DNA of 64,000 nucleotides, taken from contig MU058337.1 in the NCBI GenBank assembly GCA_013265495.1, forward strand, positions 5,312,716 to 5,376,715, written 5' to 3'. This DNA comes from Vicugna vicugna (lineage: Eukaryota). The notes beneath the pieces were generated by a model. That model was not told the origin of the DNA. It searched no databases and worked only from the letters and a program-made list of their open reading frames with translations. The position numbers and the translations under genes were made by a program. This document shows, piece by piece, positions 52,086 to 64,000 of the stretch (within the stretch, counting starts at the first letter, position 1; each line of letters begins with the position of its first letter).

Positions 52086-54573
52086 ATGCGGTTCTCACCT
52101 AACACCGTTTACTCTGAGTATTCTGTTCAGTTCCAGAAAGTCAGCTCTCGTGTGCACCCATGGTCCAGTGACCTCACAGCCTTTCCTTCTCGTCCTGCTT
52201 TCTGAATCTTAGAAGTGTATTGCTGAATGTCCAGTGGACACGTTCCCAGATATTCTCATGCACACACCACCCTTCTCGTGTTAAAAGCCAAACACAGCCC
52301 TCCCCCACCCATTCCCACATAGAAACCAGGCTTTCTCTGCATCTCCAGAAACCTGTACACTGACCTATAATGCAGCCCACCTTGGTCCTTCCCGAATCTG
52401 ATCTGTCTTCAATTCTGTCATTAATTCAGTCTCTTGAATTTCTTTGAATCATCCTCTGCACCCCGTCTTCATGTCCCTACCCTCAGCACCAGGTCAGTGC
52501 TTCCTCAGGCAGAGATCTCTGACTCCTTGATCACTTTCTCTCTTCTTTCAAGTGCTTCCACCGTAGCTTTCACGTGATCAATGCTTAGCAAATATTTGGG
52601 GTGTTGTATGTGAAGGTGCGTATGTGTGTATGCTCTCATGTACAGAACTGCACAACCTCACCCCTAGCAGACACAAATTCATGCTCTCCCCTGCTGCAGA
52701 TGCCGGTGATCCCTCCCCAGGATACGTGCATACGTACGCACGCTCATCTTCATTTTCCAATAGCAGCACATAAAACAGAGAAAAAAAAGTTTGGAGAAAA
52801 AGTTTAGGGAACAAAGGAAGAAAAAAAGTATTCTATAATAATCTAGAATGAGAATTAAGACCAGGGGGAATAAAATAGCTAAAGGCAAAGCAGGACAAGA
52901 TATAAAAAAGTAGCTAAAAAATTAATTGAAAAATATGTATTGTGGTCTTGAAACCAGTTATGGCCAAATCAACTAAAGAGAGGAGTTTATTGTGTACAAC
53001 TTCAGGTCTAAATATTTCATATACATCTAAATATATATTATATCCCATATATATTCAATAATTCTATATGTGTTTCAAACAATAATTATATTTGGAATAG
53101 ATACCTGCAGACTAGACACAATATAACAAAAATTAAGATAAAATTATTAATGCTGTTTTAATTTATTTATTAACTTACCTTGCTATTGATCAAATGGTTT
53201 TTCGTCTTTGATTTTTGAGTTTCATTGGAAGAAAGAAGTATTCAGATCATCTGAAAATTATTTGTATTTCAGATTATCTCATTCCTATATCATTGTATAT
53301 TTTCATCTTCCAGTTCAAATAAGTCATATATGAATGTCGGGCATATAGTCTTTGGAGACACATTTCCGTCAAATATTTGTTGCCTTGTCACCTTTGGAGA
53401 AAATGAAGGAGACATTGTTCTTCTTGCAAGTCTTGATTTCTGGGGTTAAACGTGCAGCCCTCTTGAAGCTTTCAGCCAGGGTTTGAAATCGCTGTGTATT
53501 TTCTCAGTGTCCAACACAATGACTGCAGTCGGAGAGTCTGAAGGAGCAGCCTGACTCCTTCCATGCCCTGACTCTGATGACAGGTTTGGACGTTGTGAAA
53601 AAAACTTTAGTCATTTTGTATTTGACATATTTCTGGTATATTTTTTCAATCCTTTAAATTTCCTAAATACTTTTAAGTTTCTCAGGATGAGTCTCCCACT
53701 TCAAATACTCTCTAGCTTAAAAAAAATTATTATTTTTTATTGTACTTTATTTCATCACATGTAACGTCCTAAGCCCCTCATTACATTAGCTAGGCAGTTT
53801 ATTTGAAAACGACAGCTAATTCATTTCAGTTTTGAATTTATAATTGCCCTCTTGAATTTAAACAAAGGTTTTCTGTTCACTTGCCCATTTAATACTAAAA
53901 ATAAAAAGAAACATATAAAAGTAAATTTCAAGTGATTGTGTATGTAGACACATTACCTATGGGAATGTCAGTTAAAGAGTCTTCAAAGATCTTAAAACCA
54001 TCATGGTTCAGGTATCCACTGTCCAGCAGCCCTGTTGTAGATCCCCTCAACTTCTCACTGGTCTTTGAACACAAAGAAAGAAGAAAAACTCCCAGTAATT
54101 CTGAACTAAGGAAGCACCTTGTGTCAAAATCTGTTCAGTTACTTTACGGCCGGTGGGAATCTAGTGAGACAAACAGAAAATGTTAGTGCCTGCATTTCAC
54201 TTGTACTTGACTGTAAGTCAGAACAGAAGCTCCTGAAGAAGGGAGAGCCCAGGTGACCATCAATGACAGAGGCTAAATTCCATGGTGTTAGTGCTCCCAC
54301 ATGACCCATTTCGAGTTAGCAACGTGACATTACTGAACATGAAATTGGGGAGAGATGCACACAGTTATGGCTCCAGCACACCACCAGTGGGGCCAGCTGT
54401 TTTCCACATCCTTCAATCAAAGTTGGCATATACATATATACAGATACATACACGCACAAGATCAAGGTAGTAGCAAGACTATATTACTTCTGAAAATTTT
54501 AGGGAAGAAGCTGTTTCTTTGCCTTTTCCACATTCTAGAGGCTTCCTGCATTCTTAGACTTCATGAAAGCTTC

Positions 54574-54620
54574 TGTGATGATGTCTTCACAATATCTTGT
54601 GATGATATCTTCATAATATT
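54574..54620. repeat. Imperfect 24-bp tandem duplication next to a small MLT1-like fragment
   Basis: tgtgatgatgtcttcacaatatct followed by tgtgatgatatcttcataatatt. Confidence 0.85.
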
Positions 54621-54864
54621 CTCCAAATGGATGAAAAACCAATGCATACATTTTGTCTTCATTAAGCCAAACTAGTTTAGTTGATTTTTGATCTTGAAGT
54701 CAAAGGGTGTGACAGGGGGAGGTAGTCATCCATTTTTGTGATGATGTATCTTAATACATTGCCATACTTTTCCAGTGATCACGGACTTCTAGAATCATGA
54801 AATTGTGAATTTGTAAAAAAAAAAAAAAAAGTAGTTTAACCTGCTACTGAAGGAGTATCCTCTA

Positions 54865-55018
54865 TAATAGAGCATCTTGAACTTTAATATGGACACTAGT
54901 CCATGTTAAAGACTCAGGTTCTGATTCAGTAGGTCTGGAATGGGGCCCAAGAGCCTGCGTTTCTAAAACACTCCCAGGAAGCCGCGGGTCCAGGGGCCAC
55001 ACTTGGAGTTCCAAGGCT
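54865..55018. mobile_element. MER5A-like hAT MITE
   Basis: aggttctgattcagtaggtctggaatggggcccaagagcctgcgtttctaaaacactcccagg...ccacacttggag. Confidence 0.82.
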
Positions 55019-56489
55019 TCTGAGTGTTCCTGACATTGCTGCCTCGGGGATGGTTCTGTTCTAGTCTCTTCTTTATATTTTGGTAATTCCAACTCTCACA
55101 TTCAGAAATCAGTAGTTCTTGGATTAAAGCCAAACTCAAGATACATACAAAACTTGTCTGATTTTTAAAAAATACAAACCAAAATGACATTGCAATTGAG
55201 GGGAACTTTAAAAAATTGAATGTGTCTGCAGGATCTGAAGAGTCTTATACTAAATTTATCTATAAATATATAACTATATAAACATATGTATATAAAAATA
55301 CATACACATATGCACACATGTGTATGTGTGTGTTTACATCTGTCTCTATATATCCTACATCTATTGTAAATAATACAATTGTGAAAATCTTAAGTTATAT
55401 AATATTTTGTGGTGCTGACAACTTTAGCATTTTCCTTTACATCAATTTTTATAACAAAATGAGAAACTGAAGAGTATAAATTTGGACTGTCCCATAGACG
55501 TAAGCATGAAGCTAAGTGTAATGTTGCAAGCCGGTCTACATTAAGAAAGTCCATAGCCAATTTCGAATGCAGCTTGATTTTAACTGAGTTGAAGTGGTTC
55601 ATGTCGCTAACTCTACCTTTAATGCTAGAGTTACTGATTTTAATATTTAAACTTGACTGCTGCACATACTGATCACCTTAATTCTCCTTTAATATTTGAA
55701 AGTTCTTACTTAGGAGAAAGTCAGCTGAGCAATGGTGATTATAGCGTATCAAAATCCATTGTAAGTGATTATTTTAATGACTCTGTACCAACAAGGATAC
55801 ATAGACATTCAGACAAAAAACAGCCTAATTATAATGACAGCACCAAAGTGAAGCTGTGACAGTTACAAAACCAATTTTAAAGTTTTTTGACAGCCACGGC
55901 TAAAAGCTTTGTTTGGACCCTTCAGTAATAACAGTTTACTTAAGACATAAATTCACAGCTAAGGGAAATAGAAAGAGAAAGTTGTGGCTTTTCTGTCATG
56001 CAGATGAAGTGGAATCCGTTGAAATGTTTTTAATAGAACATTATGTTGAAAAGAGTATAGAGAAGGAATAATAGTTATGGAATTTAACTCTCACAATGCA
56101 AGAAAGACTAAATAACAATAAAAATTCTAATGAGAATAGAAACTTGCCAGCTGATTTGCTTATCTGCGTTATGAAGGTCAGTAGTTTCTGCAAGTAAATT
56201 GATGTGCATTTAATTATGTTGATTGACAGTTCTGGAACTTGATTTTGTATTACCCATAAAATAAAGTCAAGGGCAAAGAAATGGATGTAAGAATGCATCA
56301 GTCACCATGGTGACACAGAACCTTACTAAATATCTGCTTTTCCAATGGGTCTGACATCTCTCAAATTATTAGACTTTATCACTTCTATTTATCTCGCTTG
56401 GTTCTGAACTGAGTCAAATATACAACATAATTAATTCTTTGACCTTGAGCAATTTATTTCTCATTTCTGAACAGGAAAATACCTCATTC

Positions 56490-57445
56490 ACAGAACTGCA
56501 TTTTTTTACTGCAAATCTCTATAGAACACTTATGATGCAAACGCTGTTGTAAGTGCTCATTTATGATAACTTTTGGAGTAGCCAGGATTTTACTGATGGG
56601 AAGACTGGGGCACGGAGAGGTTTAAGTACCTTGCTCAGGGCCTCAGAGCTCGTAAGTGGTGAGTTTCAGCTCCACACAGTTTGGCTGTTGCCGTCTGCAG
56701 GATCATGAAGCCACACGAACTCACACATGTGGACGCATAGAGTCAAGTGGGTCATCTTTTCTCTCTTCTGTTTACCGAGAACAGGCGAGGCCCCGTGCAC
56801 AGTGGCACCACTCTCTGGGCGGTTGGTGCCCAGGGGTGTGACCAAGTGGTTTGTCCTCAGGCAGTCAGTTTCTGTCCATTGGTCCACTTTTCTCTCCTCC
56901 TGCTGCTGTCCAGGGCCTTCAGCCTCTATTCTCTCTTTTTATATATTTCCTGCCGCACTGTGGGCAGTAGCTCCCACAATGGGCTTTAAACAGATGTGGA
57001 TACAGAGCCTGGCTCTGCTGGGTACTTGCTGTGTGGTCTTGGACAAATGACTGAATCTCTCTGAACTCACTGGCAGAAGTGAGTAATCCTGTCTCATTGT
57101 GTAGGGCTGTGGTGGAGATGGACAGAGATGAAATAAATAACATACTTAAGAGTATGCATTACATGGTAGCTATTATAATCATAGTCATTACTTGAATGCC
57201 TAATTATTTCACCTCAATGTAGGCAGTAGACTTGGACCAGATTTGGATCCAAATTGTGTTTCACCTTCAATACTTGTGGGACAGTGAGAAAGTTATTTAA
57301 CTTCTCTGAGCTTCAGTTTCCTTCTCAATAAAATTACAGTAACTTCCTAGAGCTATTATGACATTAAATGACTTAATTCATATAAATCACCTATGACAGC
57401 TCCAGGCACATAATAATTATAAATGTAGGCATCAATTATTATTAT
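56490..57445. mobile_element. Cluster of three MIR relics (~56490-56680 minus; ~56985-57190 plus; ~57220-57445 plus)
   Basis: gatgggaagactggggcacggagaggtttaagtaccttgctcaggg; tgtgtggtcttggacaaatgactgaatctctctgaac; aagttatttaacttctctgagcttcagtttcc. Confidence 0.72.
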
Positions 57446-57475
57446 TTGTAGTACAATTTTCAATAAATTATTTAT

Positions 57476-57805
57476 GCAAAGGGTACAAAATTTCAGTTAT
57501 AGAAGATAAGTTCTGTCTGTCTACCATACAGCCAGCACCTATAGCTAGCAACACGCTGTTGTGTATTTAAAATTTGGTAAGAGGATAGATCTTATGTTGT
57601 GTTCTTACCACAAATAATAATAATAATAATTATAGAGGAGTCAAGAAAAAGCTTTGGGGGGTGGCGGATATGTTTATGGTCTTGATGATGGTGACACTTT
57701 CCTGGGTATATATTTATCCCCAAACTCACTGAGTTGTATACATTCAGTATATGCCACTTTTTTATGTCAACCATACCTCAATACAGTGGTTTAAAACATA
57801 AAAGT
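57476..57805 (+). mobile_element. LINE-1 3' UTR end (L1MB-like)
   Basis: aaagggtacaaaatttcagttata...aagaggatagatcttatgtt...ggatatgtttatggtcttgatg...caaactcactgagttgtatacatt...atacctcaatacagtggtt. Confidence 0.82.
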
Positions 57806-58262
57806 CATTTAAATAAATAATTTACATAAGTAACAAAGCCAACAAATAAGTAGATCTTAGGTTTTGCCCACTTTTCCAGTTTACGATGATCTCCAAAGTG
57901 CTTTCATCTGCAGTTAACTTTTTCTCTAATAGAATAAAGCAATACTTGTTCTGTGGTTTCAGCTTTCCAGAAAGAATTTCTCCATTCAGTCAGCATTAAG
58001 GATCAAAGTTTCTTAACTAACCAGGGAAAATTAAGATATAAACTTTACACAGTGAAGTGAAATGTATTTTCCGCTTTTAGCCAGAAGTCTCTGAAACTGT
58101 CTCCCCAGTAATTTTTTAGCTGCCTGAAGAAAAAGACCCCTTTGCTCGGACTGTTCTGCAGTGACAGTCCTCAGGCTGTCTTAGAAGTCCTGCTCCATGC
58201 AGCAGCAGGTCCCTGGGACGCGGCAGATGGAGCTCTCAGCAGCTAATGATGTTTAGTCGTAG

Positions 58263-58475
<213 letters not shown>

Positions 58476-58646
58476 TGACCCTCGGCCGGGGACAGTGCCT
58501 TCGATAAGTCAGAACATTCATTTCATTTCATTACTTACTTGACTTTGACCGAAGGTGATTCACTGTCTGCTTCTGAAGTATTTCCCTTCGACTCGGTGAT
58601 GCCCAATTTGTTTCCTGTCCCCCGGGGCCTGAGTGATCGGCCCACA

Positions 58647-58660
58647 GTTGCCATCGCAAC
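58647..58660. promoter_or_regulatory. RFX X-box motif about 210 bp downstream of the fourth exon
   Basis: GTTGCCATCGCAAC has one mismatch to the palindrome GTTGCCATGGCAAC and sits in a CpG-enriched patch. Confidence 0.42.
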
Positions 58661-59999
58661 CCTTGCCCGGGGTGTTACTCTGGCCATCTGGCTGTTTTCC
58701 TGTCCATCCCTCCTTTCCTCTCCTTTGTCATGTTGTGTTAGTCTGTTTCCTACCAAGTGTAAGCGAGCACAGATTCAGAACGCTGTAAATGAGCACGTCA
58801 GCACAACAGCACCAAGGAGGGACTGGGAAGGAAATGGAAATCTGTTCCAAAATCTGATGTGTCACAACCGTGCTAAAGATGTCAAGGCAGGGACAGGTGG
58901 CTTTAGTGATTACATAAGCATTTCCCAGCACCCTCTGTACCATCCTAGAATGTTTTAATAGTACTTCTTATTGATGGGGTAACGTTGTTAATGTTTGATT
59001 CTCAAATATTTTTTAAGGATTTCCAGTGTGAAAGGATTTTTCAGTGTGAACAATTATTTCTAAAATATATCTTAGAATTCAGTGGTTATTTATTTATGAA
59101 AAAACTGATTGACATACACCTGTTTAGAAAACTTTTCATCATCTAAGTGAGGTATGCATATCCAGCTGTGCTACACTTCAAGAAATCCAATATGTGAAAA
59201 AGAAAACTTAAAAAGCAGAAAAATTGCAATTTGATTATTTTATTACAAAAGCGCTTTTCACATAGAAAATAAATTTGCCTTATAGTTGGGTTCTCTTATT
59301 ACCCAGAATTCTCTCAGTGCTTTTGAAAATGGATTGGGTTAATAAAAATTCAATCCACCCACACATATACTTTTCAGAAAAAGAATTGATGGTATACAGC
59401 TATTGAATATAAGCATCTAAGCGGGTATCAAGAAAATTTCAAGGATTCATTTATGAGTTCTTCTCTTTGTGGAAGTTTGTTTCCTGGAGGAAACTATCAT
59501 TAGTACAGAACTTTCTCTGGGGTAGAGTCTACTGTGCTGTGTGTGGAGTTTGCAGTTTAGCAAAAAATATACAGTAAACAATAACAAGTTTTTTTGTGCT
59601 GTGGAGAACCAATAACAGGGCTCATCAAGAAGTGATGTCCAGCCCAACACTTGAAAATGGGTACAATTTGCTGCAAGTCCAGCAAATTTGGATTTTCATT
59701 AAAAGCAGAAGGAAACATACTTGCAGGGAATTTCTAATGCAGGGGTGGGACTTCACGGACTCCTGATCAAGTGGTTTCTGTCTGTTTACATCCAGCTAGG
59801 AGGCAAGGTCTCCATCCAGCCTGAGGATGAGACAGTAGAGTGGGAAGCTTGTGGAGAAAGGAGAGAGGAAACGGGTGTGGGGCAGAATTCAAAAAAGCTA
59901 ATTACAGATGCATCAAATGCAACACTGAGGATTGAGACTACAAATTTATAGTGATGCCAACTGAGACAGCTCTGTGACTTTTTTAGGCCAACGTAAAGA

Positions 60000-60860
60000 G
60001 GGGAAATACAACATTTAGATTGGTCCAGCTTTAGAGTTTTTTCAGGCTGGTGGAGCTGAGAGACAAGGGATCCAGGAATATGGGTGGTTGGCAAAGGAGA
60101 TGAAATGATGACCCTGTGGTCTAGGTTGGATAGGAAAAGAGGGGAAAAAAAGAGAATAAAAGAGCAAAAATGAAGGATCGGGGTCTCCAGTGGTCAAAGA
60201 ACAGGTACAATTAAAGGGATGGAATATGAGAGCTGCGAGGTAAGTCATGAGCAGAGAATGGGATCCAGGATTTAGGATTTCAGAATAATTCAAGGGAATT
60301 AAATACAAAATCTAGAGTGCTGTATATGCATGTGGGTGGCTCAAAGTGAATGACAGAGTCAAGGCAAAAATGGTGGGGAACTATGAAGGTAAGGTGTTGG
60401 CTGGATCTTCACAATGACCCAGGTCATGGAGCATGAGGCCAGTTCTCTGGAGAGGAGTGGAGGCCGGGGCTGTGAAAGTGACTGACAAGAGAGGTGAGTG
60501 GAGGGCAGCCACAGGGGGCACGTGTACGAGGATGTTTTCACCTGAGGGAGCTCGTCTCCAGGGGGCACTGGGGAGTAACCGATGGGGCGCTCTTGCTCAT
60601 CCACACGTTATCCTCCATGGCCATACAGGCACTGGAGCATCTGGAAAGGGTGGTGGGGGAAGTGGTGCATTTGGGACAGAACCAGTGGAGGCAAGGACGT
60701 AGGAAGCAGACTCTGTGAGCAAAGATTTGAGAATGGAGGAGAAATTGTTTAACACAGAAAAAGAAACCAACGTTAGTTCAAGGATCCAGGTGGAATGAGG
60801 TAGGAAGATGAGGTGGAAGAATTGTACAATAGTGTTACAACCAGAGGTTAAAAGGCTGAT
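60000..60860 (-). mobile_element. Degenerate LINE-2 ORF2 region (purine-rich on +)
   Basis: Purine-rich stretch with L2-like phrases (gctggatcttcacaatgacccagg; gttagttcaaggatccag). Confidence 0.45.
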
Positions 60861-61386
60861 GACCAAAGTGCCTGGAATAAAAGCAGAAATGGCTACTCAT
60901 GGTTGAGATTACGCCATTCCCTCTGGGAGGAGCAGTCTGTATCTGCTCCCTGGATATTAGAGATTCCACTAACATTTCTTTAGTAGCCCAGCCCAGGGTG
61001 GGTACTCAGTCATGCTGAATCAGTCCTACAGAACAAATACACAGGCCACACACTGGGCATAGAAGAACAAAACGAAATCCTCCAGTAAATTTTACCTAAT
61101 TTCTTCATGTACAAGTTGATCTCTTTCCTAATGTGTTTATATGTGTTAGCTGATTTATGATCATGCTGTAAGAATTTCCAACAAAACTTCAAATATTTTA
61201 ATATTACAGAATTCACTGATACTATTTAAGTGTCCAAATCCTTGTCATTTTTCTTTTTTTAATTAAAAAATCAGAAAGAGAGGATTCTATAGTAAAATCC
61301 ACTATATATTATGTTTCAATTAATTATTGCCCCCTTCCCAAACCACTGAAAGAAAATTTGAATTTAATAAACTGCATAGTATAGAT

Positions 61387-61567
61387 GGGGAGGGTATAGC
61401 TCAAGTGGTAGAGCGCATGCTTAGCATTCACGAGGTCCTGGGTTCAATCCTCAGTATCTCCTCTGTAAACAAACAAACAAACAAACAAACCTGATTAACT
61501 CCCTCCCCCACCAAAAAATAAATAAATAAAATAAATATTAAAAAAAAGAATCCTTAAAAATTAAAAA
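61387..61567 (+). mobile_element. tRNA-Ala-derived SINE (Vic-1-like, long form) with TSD
   Basis: ggggagggtatagctcaagtggtagagcgcatgcttagcattcacgaggtcctgggttcaatcctcagtatctcc, then (AAAC)n, cctgattaactccc and an A-rich tail. TSD taataaactgcatagt 61365-61380 versus taataaactacatggt 61568-61583. Confidence 0.9.
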
Positions 61568-61874
61568 TAATAAACTACATGGTGGTGATTTAGTTCACTT
61601 AAAAATATTTATATAGACATAACTTCTTTATTCATGAGCTACTGAAACATTCAGAATTTGCTCCACATCTATTGATTGATTTGGGGGCATCTGAGTTTCC
61701 CAAAGCATGTTTGCGCTTTATTCACATCACATTGTCTCTTCTCTTTGTGGCAGAAACTTGTACACGAGCCGAAGTAGTTTGTTTCAAATGAGAGTGGATA
61801 AGTCATTTTAATCACACTTAATGTTTTATAAAATATTCTCTTTTTAAAAAGTTGGTAAAGGTGGTCTGAGTTTA

Positions 61875-62045
61875 AGGCAGAAGTCAACAGACTTGTCCTG
61901 GAAGAGCCGGAGAGTAAACATTGCAGGCTCTTCAGGCCACGTGCCCCCTGCTTCACTCACTCAACTCTGCTGCTTTTGTGCAAAGGAGAAAATGGTCTCA
62001 GAATGGTTGTTCCAGTGAAGCTTTATTTATGAAAATAAGCAAGGA
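61875..62045. mobile_element. MER58A-like hAT MITE
   Basis: gagccggagagtaaacattgcaggctcttcaggccac...actcaactctgctg...tgttccagtgaagctttattta. Confidence 0.7.
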
Positions 62046-64000
62046 ACTTTATGTTGGTTTAAGCTGTAGAAATATAGAGTGTGTCAACTAACATCCCCAT
62101 ATGTTAAATTCAAATATAGTTAAACTAACAACATAAGAGTTACCATTTTTTTTTGGAGGTTCCATTATGTTGCCAAGTGCTTTAAAAGGATTCATTATCT
62201 CATTTAATCCTCAAAATGGCTATAATAACAGCAATTCAAGTTTATGGACAATAATGATACAGTATTTAAGGTAATAGAATTATGTAATATTTTGGAAAAT
62301 TTGTCTTTAAAATAGAGCACAGGAGGCCATGAGCTTTCAGAGAAGTAATTTCTTGAGTTCCCACATATTCTGGAGTAAATTATTTTGAAAATTCAAAAGA
62401 AACCAGTTTACCCATTAGGAGTCAGCTTACAGTCTAAAAAACATCCTTTAAGCATAAATTAAGCTGCTTAGCTTCTGTTGTGATGCTGGGGACATGTTCT
62501 GTTACTTTGGATTAATTAACCTAAATTTAGAATTAGTTAAGAAACAGGAAAAACTTTTCTTTGTTTTCTATGCTATGCATAAACACAAGGAGGTAAAGAT
62601 TTACTTTCTTTTGTAGAAGTTTTCATTTTGATCTAAGATAATCCATTGTTATTTATATTATATGTAAAATCACATTGTCTTAATGAACATAATTATATTT
62701 CAAAATACATAGTTTCATTTTCTTAATGAATAATAAAATTAATACTTTCCTATTGTGTAAAAATGTATAAACATATCTGTATATCCACTAGACTGTAAAC
62801 TTAGCAGAAACTTATCAGCACGACATTATACACAGAAGATGAACAGTTTTAAGAAAATTCCTCTTTTAAGAAACTCACAAATTGGCAGGAGAGAGAACAA
62901 TGAAGTGAGCAGTTTGAACAGCATGTCTCTGTTGCACTTCGGATCAAGAGAGATGTTTACCTTGTTTAGAACTCTGGGGTGTCTCTTTGATTTCCTGTTT
63001 TCTCTGTGATTGTTATGTGTTTGAAGCAGAAAGGCTTTCATAAAAGCATGGACTCATTTTGCCATCTTACAGGAAGTCATCTTTTCTAGAAAACTGATTT
63101 CTCTGTTCCTCTGAAGACACTTGGCTTTATGATATTTGTTAAAATGAAATTAAGTGAAAGAGCCATTCATTTTAGTTCCAACAAAACCTGACACCCATAT
63201 TTCAGCTCATTAATCACAAGAAATGACTGAATTCTGAAAGTAACTCATCTTGCTATACCAGCAGTCTTTCATATTTTCATCAAATTTTAGTTCCATTTTC
63301 TGGGAAACTTTAATTAAATAAGTTTCTTCTGACTGTAGCTTTTTCATGTGTTTCTAAAGGATTTGGGCAGTATCTTGTTAGGTGAAAAATAATAGAATAA
63401 TGACATTTTTCAGCAATTCAGGGATCCATCTAAGTTTGCTCTATAACCGTCTAGAATACTGATGGTACCTGATAAACTAAGAGCAGGTGATTTACAGAAA
63501 CCTCTGGAACAATGCAGGTAATCATTTACTTGGATGTTATTTAATCTGAATCTCATTTAGAATAGGGTGACCTGAATTGGGTTTCTTGTGATTTTTGTCC
63601 TCTGATCTTCTTCTGTGTTAAATATGCATTCATTTTCTCATGAATATCCACTGTGTTTCTGTGAAATTATGAAATAGAGTCTGCAACACAAATCTTGGAT
63701 AACATATTTCAAGTATCTTTGCACATATGGGCAGTATCTCTTTTTTCCATTTTATCTTCTCACACCTGTGTGGCACAATCAGCTCATTTATAATTTGTCA
63801 CCTATAAATGTTCATACATTATTCATTGAATTAAAAGGGCAGAACAATTTCCATTGCTCCATTTATGTTAAGCATGTCATTGTCCATTCAGTTACTTTTC
63901 TCCTGAGCTTCAGAAACTTGGCAATCATCTCGTTGTCTTAACCTGCTAGCCTTACAAATCCAATTACAAGTTCTTTTGGAAAATAAGTATTTTAAATGGA

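Noticed and set aside
54574..54760. Repeated GTGATGA as possible C/D-box snoRNA box C
   Set aside because: No suitably placed CTGA box D or terminal stem. Explained by a local tandem duplication.
58539..58958. 139-aa ORF just after the fourth exon
   Set aside because: Does not resemble the next NALCN segment (VAFTVLFDLEALLKIW..., recalled) or any protein I recognise.
61387..61462. tRNA-Ala gene (also 7323-7397)
   Set aside because: Broken acceptor or anticodon stems, A-rich tails, TSD-like flanks and no immediate T-run terminator indicate SINEs.

Overview
Mammalian genomic DNA, probably camelid given three tRNA-Ala-derived Vic-1-like SINEs and no recognisable ruminant, pig, primate or rodent SINEs. 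The whole window lies inside the sodium leak channel gene NALCN on the + strand. Four internal coding exons are present (35986-36128, 36260-36364, 41926-42012, 58305-58436). They all have canonical AG/GT ends and join into one open frame, covering approximately residues 267-422 by recalled human numbering (probably exons 8-11): the domain I pore loop with the selectivity-filter Glu, DI-S6, the DI-DII linker and DII-S1. The rest is intron, rich in L1, L2, MIR, MaLR/ERVL LTR and hAT MITE relics. I see no convincing evidence of a new gene or an undescribed biological system. The observations most worth checking are: three near-perfect RFX X-boxes in or near GC-rich intronic patches, a candidate poison exon, a candidate recursive splice site, clustered apparent substitutions in the fourth exon, an ancient L1 with an in-frame deletion of its RT domain, a SINE that still folds almost as a tRNA-Ala, and a 60-bp perfect palindrome. 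Repeat boundaries and subfamily names come from visual recognition and are approximate.
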